Shown: positions 31,137 to 39,247 of the stretch, piece after piece
Position numbering within the stretch: the stretch's first letter is position 1
How the letters are laid out: each line of letters begins with the position of its first letter
IMG/VR virus record: IMGVR_UViG_3300030330_004093
Location: 39,014-103,013 of that record
Length of the DNA stretch: 64,000 bases
Origin: a virus
Lineage: Duplodnaviria; Caudoviricetes
Strand: one strand, 5' to 3'
Made by a program: the position numbers and the translations under genes
The notes under the pieces: model-generated
Told to the model about the DNA's origin: nothing
What the model saw: the letters and a program-made list of their open reading frames with translations, nothing else
Databases searched by the model: none

Positions 31137-31211
31137 GCCCAAGTGCGGAAATTGGCAAAGCCGAATGGTCTTAGAAACCATTGATTAGGAGTTCGAGTCT
31201 CCTCTTGGGTA
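31137..31211 (+). tRNA. tRNA-Leu(UAG), short variable loop
   Basis: GCCCAAG/CUUGGGU acceptor, AUGGU-CU UAG AA-ACCAU. Confidence 0.9.
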
Positions 31212-31235
31212 CTTTTTAACTTAATTCTAATTAAA

Positions 31236-31469
31236 ATGGAAATTAAAAAAAGAGCTTGGGATAATTTCTTAGATGCTGTGGATTTTGAATCTGACACTAG
31301 TAATTTTAAATATGATTTTAAAGTTATGACTAAAAAATATGGGCAAGCTTTTATGTTTTATTGCATAAACGCTTGGGAAATTAACAATGATGTGATGTCT
31401 GAAAAAGAATTTTGTGAGATGAATGGTAACATTCCAGAAGGTTATTTTAAAAAAATTATAAAAAAATAA
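31236..31469 (+). CDS. hypothetical protein (only one Leu in 77 aa)
   Basis: ORF directly after the tRNA-Leu pair. Confidence 0.6.
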   Translation: MEIKKRAWDNFLDAVDFESDTSNFKYDFKVMTKKYGQAFMFYCINAWEINNDVMSEKEFCEMNGNIPEGYFKKIIKK

Positions 31470-31537
31470 ATATTATGTTGCACAGTAATAAATTTATTTG
31501 TATATTTGCGCTTATAATAATATAAAAATAAATAATT

Positions 31538-31891
31538 ATGTTTACATTAAAAGGAAAATTAATCGTTAAGGGTGAGGAAAAGCAAATCACTGAAAAATTT
31601 AAAAAGAGAGAATTCGTAATCCAAGACGATTCTGAACAGTATCCCCAAGTGATATCGTTCCAATTAGTTCAAGACAAGTGTTCTTTGTTAGAAACTTATA
31701 ATGAAGGTGACGTTATCTCAGTTAACTTTAACGTTAGAGGTAGAGAATGGGTTTCACCTAAAGATGGAGAAACTAAATATTTCAACAGCCTTGAGGCTTG
31801 GAAATTATCTGGTGAAAATGATGCGCCGACTCAAATTCCCACAGCAGTTAGTAATACTAACACTGGTGAAGAGGATGACTTACCATTTTAA
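31538..31891 (+). CDS. DUF3127 family OB-fold protein (SSB-like, DDLPF tail)
   Basis: FKKREFVI, YPQVISFQLVQDK, FNVRGREW, YFNSLEAWK, DDLPF. Confidence 0.85.
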   Translation: MFTLKGKLIVKGEEKQITEKFKKREFVIQDDSEQYPQVISFQLVQDKCSLLETYNEGDVISVNFNVRGREWVSPKDGETKYFNSLEAWKLSGENDAPTQIPTAVSNTNTGEEDDLPF

Positions 31892-31979
31892 TAATGGTTT
31901 AATTTTATAAAAGTAATTGAAAGGACCTAATCGGGTCCTTTCTAATTATAGCTATATATTTATATATAAAGTTTAAACA

Positions 31980-32933
31980 ATGAAAAAAATACTATTATAC
32001 CTAACATTGTTATTGTTCTTAACAAAGACTTATGGTCAGTGTGATTACGATGTGTCTAGTTCATTACCAAGCACGTTGGTTTTAAATGATGGGGACACCC
32101 TTTGCGTTGGTAGTGATTTAACAACCACAGCCACTATAGTTATCAATAGCGGAGGTATAATATCTATAAGTAATAATTCTGATTTAAAGATAAACGGTTC
32201 GCTAACAGTTCAACCAGGGGGTAGAATAGAATTTTTAGACTGCAACTCAACATTAGAGGTTTATGGCAATTACACAGGACCTTATAATGAATGTGAGTTG
32301 GTAGTATATTGCGCCCCAGCATCTGCTCAAGACCCACTTACCTTGGTGTCTGGTAGTAAGACATGGAATGATTGGTGTGCTCACGGTCCACTACCAGTAG
32401 AGCTTATAGATTTTAGTGTTAAAGAGTCTGATTCTGAAATATTAGTTTCATGGGTTACTGCGTCAGAAATAAACAACCACTATTTCGAAGTTCAAACATC
32501 ATCGGATGGTATAAATTGGGAAATAATGGATATAGTTGAGGGTATGGGTAACACTATGGAGATAACCAGTTATTCAAGTTTAGTATCAACCGAAAATACA
32601 TATTTTAGATTAAGACAAGTTGATTTTGATGGTCAGTTTGAGTACTCAAATATTTTATATATCAAAAACACCAACAAGGATTCTCTAACTAAAATCATAC
32701 CAAACCCAAATGATGGTGATTTTATAATTAAACTTAATAGTGTTATAAAAGAAGAAATGGTTATAAGAATATTTGATATTAAGGGCAGTTTAGTGTGCCA
32801 TCAAATAACCATAAATGATTTAAATAGTGATATACTTATATTAAACATAAAAGATAAATTATCACCTGGTGTTTATCAAATATCAGGCATTAGTGATGAA
32901 GTCATTTTTTCTGAAAAATTAATCGTAAAGTAA
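31980..32933 (+). CDS. secreted protein with T9SS type-A C-terminal sorting domain
   Basis: signal peptide; PLPVELIDF, WVTASEINNHYFEV, YFRLRQVDFDG; IPNPNDG...IFDIKG...LSPGVY...KLIVK. Confidence 0.85.
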   Translation: MKKILLYLTLLLFLTKTYGQCDYDVSSSLPSTLVLNDGDTLCVGSDLTTTATIVINSGGIISISNNSDLKINGSLTVQPGGRIEFLDCNSTLEVYGNYTGPYNECELVVYCAPASAQDPLTLVSGSKTWNDWCAHGPLPVELIDFSVKESDSEILVSWVTASEINNHYFEVQTSSDGINWEIMDIVEGMGNTMEITSYSSLVSTENTYFRLRQVDFDGQFEYSNILYIKNTNKDSLTKIIPNPNDGDFIIKLNSVIKEEMVIRIFDIKGSLVCHQITINDLNSDILILNIKDKLSPGVYQISGISDEVIFSEKLIVK

Positions 32934-33022
32934 TTTATAATATGTCATATTGTCTGTAAATCACAAATGGTATTCTATTTGAGTGGTTATGATTTATATA
33001 ACTAATAACAAAAAAAATAATT

Positions 33023-33331
33023 ATGTTTGAAAATTTTGACGACTTGTACAACAAGTTTTTTAAGAAAAACCTAGGTGAAGACCTAAATGAACCAGATAAG
33101 GTGGTTAAATTTAATAAAAACGGAAAATCTTACGAACAAAGAGTTTGGGATTTAGATAATGGAACCATAATAAAAACCAGTATGATTTCTAGTGATTTAG
33201 GTGAATCTATTAATCCTAAAATGGGAAGAAACGCCATGAATAAATCATTATTAAATGAAGCCTTAGAATTAGCTGTTGAGGAGGAGAGATATGAGGATGC
33301 CGCTAAGATAAGGGATTATTTAAAAAAATAA
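33023..33331 (+). CDS. protein with C-terminal UvrB/UvrC (UVR) motif
   Basis: LELAVEEERYEDAAKIRD. Confidence 0.75.
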   Translation: MFENFDDLYNKFFKKNLGEDLNEPDKVVKFNKNGKSYEQRVWDLDNGTIIKTSMISSDLGESINPKMGRNAMNKSLLNEALELAVEEERYEDAAKIRDYLKK

Positions 33332-33706
33332 TAACATACATGTACTACTTAACAACCCATCTGTAATATTTATATATAGATGGGTTTTATTTTGCTCATA
33401 TAATTTAAAATAAAAAATATTGAAATCTTAAATAATGAAAGACATTAGTAAACATATATTTTCTAAAGAATTAAACAACAACATAGATAACCCAGTAAAA
33501 CCATCTGACAAAAACACAATATGGAAGGTATTTAACGAAGCAGATTGGAAAACTTTTCCGAAAGGGATGGGTAAATTTTTTACTTGTGATAAGTATGGAA
33601 ATAAAAAATGGGAAGAATGGGGACCTTATTTTGGTGAATTAAGTTCACACACAGATTGGGTAAACAAAGGAATATCTCATTGGTTAACCAAAAAAGCGTA
33701 TTAATA

Positions 33707-34315
33707 ATGAAAAAGCTAATTAAAAAACTATTAAGGGAACAATTATTTAATGAAATTAAATATGACTCCTCTAACATAAGTGAAGATATAGGGTTGTTTA
33801 TCATACGAAAAAACACTCTAATGTTATATGATATGTTAGAGTATGATGATAGTGAAAGAATAAGAGGCGTTAAGGGGATAATAACACTATCTGATGAAAA
33901 CGGAAAGTATTCTGTAAACAAAGTTGCTGCCGTTAAGGGCTACGGTCCGATTATGTACGAATTAGCCATGCAACATATATACCCAAATCCACTTATATCT
34001 GACAGGGATGGAGACACCAGAGAAGGTGCTTTAGGTATATTACAAAAATTTAGTCAAGGTATAAATAAAGAAGTTGAAGTAACTACACTACAACCAAATG
34101 ATTTAGAATATGTTGAGTGTTTAGAATTTGGTTGTGATGATAATGAACCAGAGTTTTTTAAACTACATAACTCAGAATTTAAAATGTCTAACAAATCACT
34201 ATATAATAAATTAAAATATGAAGGTGAGGAGTTTCTGGAAGACGTAGGTTTTGAATTTATTGACGAATTAGAGGGGTTAGGTTCAGATTTTTTTGATAAA
34301 ATGTACATGTCGTGA
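33707..34315 (+). CDS. hypothetical protein with LLRE tag, possibly GNAT-like
   Basis: MKKLIKKLLREQ; VAAVKGYGPIMYE. Confidence 0.55.
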   Translation: MKKLIKKLLREQLFNEIKYDSSNISEDIGLFIIRKNTLMLYDMLEYDDSERIRGVKGIITLSDENGKYSVNKVAAVKGYGPIMYELAMQHIYPNPLISDRDGDTREGALGILQKFSQGINKEVEVTTLQPNDLEYVECLEFGCDDNEPEFFKLHNSEFKMSNKSLYNKLKYEGEEFLEDVGFEFIDELEGLGSDFFDKMYMS

Positions 34316-34624
34316 AAAAATTAATACTATTAATACTGTTTTTATTATTAATTACATCTTGTGAAATAGAGTATGAAAAAGCAATATATTCTGTTGATGA
34401 TATTGTGATAATAAAGCCAGATAGTTCAACAGTTAAGATACTAGATTACACAACTTGGTCAGACCACACAAAATATACTGTTGAATATTTGGACACTACC
34501 AAAAAAAGTATTATATTAGAGGAAGAAATTATTAATTATAAAAATAATTAAAAAAAAATTATATTATTGAAACTTTTTACATATATTTGTAATATATATT
34601 AATAACTATTTTAATTAAATATAG

Positions 34625-34726
34625 ATGAACTTTATAATTGACATACATACATTCGAACAAAATTCACAAGGTGGGACGCCGAGTGAAACGGGTTGTTGTT
34701 TGTTGATTTTGCCAGATAAATTCTGA
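34625..34726 (+). CDS. candidate attenuator leader peptide 2 (MNFIIDIHTFEQNSQGGTPSETGCCLLILPDKF)
   Basis: lies between promoter TATATTTG (34582) and terminator; contains GAC, CAT, TTC, GAA, CAA, TCA, CCG and CCA codons matching the downstream tRNAs. Confidence 0.65.
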   Translation: MNFIIDIHTFEQNSQGGTPSETGCCLLILPDKF

Positions 34727-34748
34727 CAAGGAGTTCAAAAGAAATTAC

Positions 34749-34779
34749 AACCCAATTCAAAAACGAATTGGGTTTTTTT
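34749..34779 (+). terminator. attenuator-type terminator upstream of the 9-tRNA array
   Basis: aacccaattc-aaaaac-gaattgggtt plus T-run. Confidence 0.9.
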
Positions 34780-34797
34780 GTGCAATTATTTTAATAA

Positions 34798-34873
34798 CGA
34801 GTAGTAGAGGAGCTAGGTTTATCTCGCTTGCTTTGGGAGCAAGAGCACACAGGTTCAAATCCTGTCTACTCGA
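34798..34873 (+). tRNA. tRNA-Pro(UGG)
   Basis: CGAGUAG/CUACUCG; CUUGC-UU UGG GA-GCAAG. Confidence 0.9.
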
Positions 34874-34882
34874 CTAAAACAT

Positions 34883-34953
34883 TGCCTCATGGTGTAATGG
34901 TAACACATCTGTCTTTGACACAGAGATTTAAGGTTCAAATCCTTATGAGGTAA
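34883..34953 (+). tRNA. tRNA-Gln(UUG)
   Basis: UGCCUCA/UGAGGUA; UCUGU-CU UUG AC-ACAGA. Confidence 0.9.
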
Positions 34954-34959
34954 CAATAT

Positions 34960-35031
34960 GGTGGTTGAAGCTTTAAGGTGAAGCGTTAGACTGTGAATCT
35001 AAAGAAAACGGCTCGATACCGTTCTACCACC
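34960..35031 (+). tRNA. tRNA-His(GUG)
   Basis: G-1, C73; UUAGA-CU GUG AA-UCUAA. Confidence 0.88.
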
Positions 35032-35036
35032 CACCT

Positions 35037-35108
35037 AGGAGTGTAGTTCAAAGGATAGAACACTAGGCTACGAACCTGAAGATGTGGGTTCGAATCCTAC
35101 CACTCCTA
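35037..35108 (+). tRNA. tRNA-Arg(ACG)
   Basis: AGGAGUG/CACUCCU; AGG-CU ACG AA-CCU. Confidence 0.88.
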
Positions 35109-35114
35109 CAACAT

Positions 35115-35189
35115 CTAGAGGGATAACGATGGTTGTTTACCCGCCTTGGACGCGGGAGGCTGTAGGTTCGAATCCTACTCTCTAGACCA
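35115..35189 (+). tRNA. second tRNA-Pro(UGG), atypical D-arm, encoded CCA
   Basis: CUAGAGG/UCUCUAG; CCCGC-CU UGG AC-GCGGG; G instead of U at position 8. Confidence 0.75.
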
Positions 35190-35235
35190 AGTGTCAGTTT
35201 ATTGCGATTCTGAACAGAAACAAAAATTAGCTACT

Positions 35236-35322
35236 GGAAAGACAAGCCAATTGGTGGTGGCCGCTGACTTGAAATCAGTTAGGAGTTAATGACTCGTAGG
35301 GGTTCGACTCCCTTTCTTTCCG
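35236..35322 (+). tRNA. tRNA-Ser(UGA)
   Basis: GGAAAGA/UCUUUCC, G73, long variable arm; GCUGA-CU UGA AA-UCAGU. Confidence 0.9.
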
Positions 35323-35331
35323 CATTAATTT

Positions 35332-35402
35332 GGAATTTTCGAATAATGGTAGTTCGCCTGGTTGAAGCCCAGGAGGTAGGGGTTCGACTCTCTTAGATTC
35401 CA
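35332..35402 (+). tRNA. tRNA-Phe(GAA)
   Basis: GGAAUUU/AGAUUCC; CCUGG-UU GAA GC-CCAGG. Confidence 0.88.
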
Positions 35403-35407
35403 CACAA

Positions 35408-35480
35408 CATCGGTTCGGCAAGCTGGTTAAGCCATCACCCTTTCAAGGTGAAGTCACGGGTTCGAATCCCGTACCGATGA
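35408..35480 (+). tRNA. tRNA-Glu(UUC)
   Basis: CAUCGGU/ACCGAUG; UCACC-CU UUC AA-GGUGA. Confidence 0.9.
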
Positions 35481-35485
35481 CTAAT

Positions 35486-35558
35486 GGATGGTGTGGTGTA
35501 ACGGCTTGCATACTTGCCTGTCACGCAAGAGGTCGGGGTTCGAATCCCCCACCATCCG
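35486..35558 (+). tRNA. tRNA-Asp(GUC)
   Basis: GGAUGGU/ACCAUCC; CUUGC-CU GUC AC-GCAAG. Confidence 0.9.
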
Positions 35559-35909
35559 CATTTTATTAGTATTTACTATTGCTATTTATTAAATTTTTAT
35601 TATATTTGGGGTATGAAAAATAAAGTACTAATAGACATGGATACAGAAAGAGAAGACGTAATCAGAGTATCCAAACCAGAACAAGAGTTAAACGAAGTGT
35701 TAGATGATGAAAATACGGCTAAAAAAATGTTATATGACGACCTAACAACCTTATGTAACGGATTAGGTTCATTAATAAAATATGGTGAAGATAAAAAGTA
35801 TTTTGAAGGTGAGCCAGTAGCTGAAATATGTATTAAATTCTTAAAAGATAACTTCAGTACATTAGATGGTGATTAATTTTTTTAGTCATTATTATATATT
35901 TATATTCAT

Positions 35910-36245
35910 ATGGGTATTAGAAAAGCTAGAAAACCAACTAAAAAATCAACAACAACTAATAGTGGTGCAAGAACTAAAAAACCAACAACAAGAAAAACTA
36001 CAACAAGAAAAACTACAACAAGAAAAACTACAACTAAAAAAACTACAACTAAAAAACCAACAACTAGTAACAATAAGTCCACTAGTGTAAAAATTAACCC
36101 AAATAATTATGTTAGAATTAGTGAAAACTCAAACCCAGCTAAATTCAATGAAATGGGTCAAAAGGTTCAGAAGGGTTTAGTAAAATGGGCTTATTACGCA
36201 ATTGATGGTAATGTTGGATATCATTACTACTTAAAATTAAAATAA
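35910..36245 (+). CDS. basic histone-like protein with (R/K)KTTT repeats
   Basis: 15-nt tandem repeats aagaaaaactacaac encode KKPTTRKTTTRKTTTRKTTTKKTTTKKPTT. Confidence 0.7.
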   Translation: MGIRKARKPTKKSTTTNSGARTKKPTTRKTTTRKTTTRKTTTKKTTTKKPTTSNNKSTSVKINPNNYVRISENSNPAKFNEMGQKVQKGLVKWAYYAIDGNVGYHYYLKLK

Positions 36246-36247
36246 TT

Positions 36248-36643
36248 ATGTTAATCGAAAAAATAAACAAGGACTTCATGTCAGCTTATAAAGCTAAAGA
36301 AATGGTTAAAAAAGACTTTCTAGGTGTTTTAAAAACTGAAGTCAGTAGAGAAACTAAAGTACCTAATGACGATATAGTTATAGCTAAAATTAAATCAATG
36401 ATAAAAAATGCTGAAGCTACTAATTCATTAACCGATTACGAATTAAACATACTAAGCAATTACTTACCAAGTCAAATGACTGAGGAGGCATTAACGTTGG
36501 TAATTACCACCTGTATATCCAGTAATAAGTATTCTGAAATGAAGGACATGGGTAAAGTAATGGGTTGGTTAAAATCAAATTATAATGGAAAGTATGATGG
36601 TAAGTTGGCATCTAAGATAATAAAGGAAATCTTAAATAAGTAA
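36248..36643 (+). CDS. GatB/YqeY domain protein
   Basis: KDFMSAYKAKE, ILSNYLPSQMTEE, MKDMGKVM, YDGKLAS. Confidence 0.88.
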   Translation: MLIEKINKDFMSAYKAKEMVKKDFLGVLKTEVSRETKVPNDDIVIAKIKSMIKNAEATNSLTDYELNILSNYLPSQMTEEALTLVITTCISSNKYSEMKDMGKVMGWLKSNYNGKYDGKLASKIIKEILNK

Positions 36644-37184
36644 ATGACTAAAGAACAATTAGAAAAAAAACTAGACAAACTTTTTAGTAACAAAAATTAT
36701 AATAATTTTTTAAATCACTTAATTAGAAGCTATTTTCCAAACTCTAATGTATCTAAGGTGACCAAACAACCTAAAGAAGGTAACTTTGTTTGTAGTCTAT
36801 CTGGTGTAAATCTATTATCAATAGATGGGATTGTTTCTAGTACTGAAGGTGAGATAGTTGAAAGTCAAATAAATGAATATCTAAATACTATACTCAATAG
36901 TAAGGGTGAAATAAAAGATAAAGATATAATACCAAATGATAAATATTTGGGTATATCGGGTAAAGATACAAATACATTTATCTCAACTAAATCTTATATT
37001 ATATTTCATAACTGGATTCTAAGTAAATTTTTAAAAAACGACAAAAGAATTATATGGTTATTAAAAAATGTAAGTAAAAATGATTACAAATCCAAAAAAC
37101 CAACCAAAACTAAAAAATCAAACGCAACGTTTAAACTAGGGGACTTAAGTGTGTTGCAAGAACTAAAGAAAAAAATGGATAATA

Positions 37185-37634
37185 ATGGTTAAATTAACGG
37201 AATCGGATAAAAGTTATATGGAAATGGTTAGTTTATTAACTAAATTAACTGATGACAATAAAACTGGTGTTGGCGCTTTAATTGTAAAAAATAACACAAT
37301 AATCAGCCACGGAGTAAATGTTTTACCAAATGGAGCTAAAAAAACTAAAGAAAGAACAGAGTCACCGTTAAAGAGGTCTTGGATTATTCATGCTGAAAGA
37401 GACGCTATATACAAGGCAGCTAAAGCTGGTATATCCTTAGATGGTTCATATATGTACTGCACTTACTTTCCATGTGTTGATTGCGCTAGAGGTATAGTCC
37501 AGTCTGGTATTAAACGATTATATGCCCCAAAGCCAGATTTTAACCACAAAAGATGGGGTGTGTCCTGGGTAGAATCTATCATCATGATGAGGGAATGTGG
37601 TGTCGAAGTTATATGGACTAATGAGGTCGTATAA
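37185..37634 (+). CDS. dCMP/cytidine deaminase family
   Basis: IHAERDAI, YFPCVDCARGIVQSGI. Confidence 0.9.
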   Translation: MVKLTESDKSYMEMVSLLTKLTDDNKTGVGALIVKNNTIISHGVNVLPNGAKKTKERTESPLKRSWIIHAERDAIYKAAKAGISLDGSYMYCTYFPCVDCARGIVQSGIKRLYAPKPDFNHKRWGVSWVESIIMMRECGVEVIWTNEVV

Positions 37635-39029
37635 CAAAAAAAACGCTAAAAATTTTGTTTTATAGTTTATTTTTACTATATTTAGGTATATTAAAGATTA
37701 AAAACTATATATTATGAAGTGGACTAAAGTAATACCAGACGGAAAAGGAGGACTCAATATTTTTGACGACTGGACAAACGGGGATAGATTAGGTAGTGCA
37801 ATATTACCATTTCTTATTAGAATACCATTATTACTATTATTTGGGTTGCTATTACCAGGTATAACTTGGTTAATTGCACCATTTGAGAGTGATGAAAAAA
37901 TAGTTCAAAATAGGAAGGCTAGTATTGTCGCCTCAACACTAACAACTTTAGACCTTGCATTTGGTGGTCCTATTTGGATGTTTTTAAGTGAAAACACTTC
38001 ACATATACATATATTTTTTGGTGCGTTAAACTTAGCGTTTTTATTTGGTGATATAACCGTAACAGTATTTTATAACAGAGGAATTACATTAGTACCAAAT
38101 GTTTTATTATTCACACAAGTTGTGTTTGTATATTTATCTTATGATATATTTAAACATATAGCCACATTTATTTATTCTGATAGTCTTTGTTTTTGGATGC
38201 AAGCATTTCTTGATTATATAGACGTACATTAAAATTATTTTTTATTTTATGTAGGGTTGTCTTATTGAGTTAAATTACTTATATTTGTAAAAACTTAAAC
38301 AATGGCATTAATTAAATTAACATTAAAAGAAGAACATATTAAATTACTTAAACACCTTTCTTGGAGTGAATTAACCGAAGATAAGGTAATAACAACCAAG
38401 GATGATGGGTCCCCATTTGGCGGTTTTGACCATTACGAAGATATTGGTATAATTTTACACGGTAAACCAGAAAACTTCGACCCATCAGACCCCAAATCAA
38501 TGGAAGATATTAATCCATTTGTTTGGACTACAGAACAGAAAGAAGAAATGGACCAATTATTATCTGAATTGCCATTAGCACTTGAAATAGTGTTATCTAC
38601 AAAATCATTTGAACCAGGCGATTATAAAGCTAGATTCCATATTCGTGAGTGGAAAAAAATAGGTTAAATCAAAAAATTAATTATGAGCACTAATAAACCA
38701 GATAAATGGGTTATAATAAAATTATTGGGTAAAGACGAAACCACTCCATTGTATAAAGTTTTTGCAACTTGGTACGGAGGGTATTTAGGTGGTGATACTT
38801 GGAAATTAAATAGTGGTATACGTTCTGTGGAGGATAATGGGGATTCATATACTTTTCACGGATATTCTGGTAGTAAATATGTGTGTGGTAAGGGTGAAGC
38901 TCATTACGGAACTAGCTCGTATACTGGTTCAGTATTGGAATCTATGATAGATAATGTTACGGACCATACACACAATATAATTGAAATATTAAAACATAGT
39001 GATAACTGGGTTGAGTTAAAATATTAATT

Positions 39030-39245
39030 ATGTTAGATTATTTAGGATATATAGCTTCTGGTATTATTTTACTTTCCATGTTGATGAAAGACATGAAAAA
39101 GTTTAGAATAGTTAATACTGTAGCTTGTTTATTATTTGTAGTCTACGCCACTATAAGAGAGGACTACCCAGTAGTTTTTTTAAATGTAACAGTAGTTTTA
39201 ATAAATATTCTGTTTCTAATAAGAAGTGACAAAAAAATAAAATAG
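39030..39245 (+). CDS. small inner-membrane protein (YgjV-like)
   Basis: GYIASGIILLSMLMKDMKKFRIVNTVAC. Confidence 0.65.
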   Translation: MLDYLGYIASGIILLSMLMKDMKKFRIVNTVACLLFVVYATIREDYPVVFLNVTVVLINILFLIRSDKKIK

Positions 39246-39247
39246 TT

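Noticed and set aside
34668-34682. T-box riboswitch (AAGGTGGGACGCCG resembles the T-box sequence)
   Set aside because: UGGNACC is imperfect, there is no room for or sign of Stem I with a specifier loop, and the homologous leader 1 lacks the motif
35190-35235. Additional tRNA or ncRNA between tRNA-Pro2 and tRNA-Ser
   Set aside because: Only a weak short hairpin (TCAG/CTGA), with no T-arm or acceptor stem
35514-35612. N-terminal extension of ORF 35514..35876
   Set aside because: Overlaps tRNA-Asp; the ATG at 35613 after TATATTTG is the more plausible start
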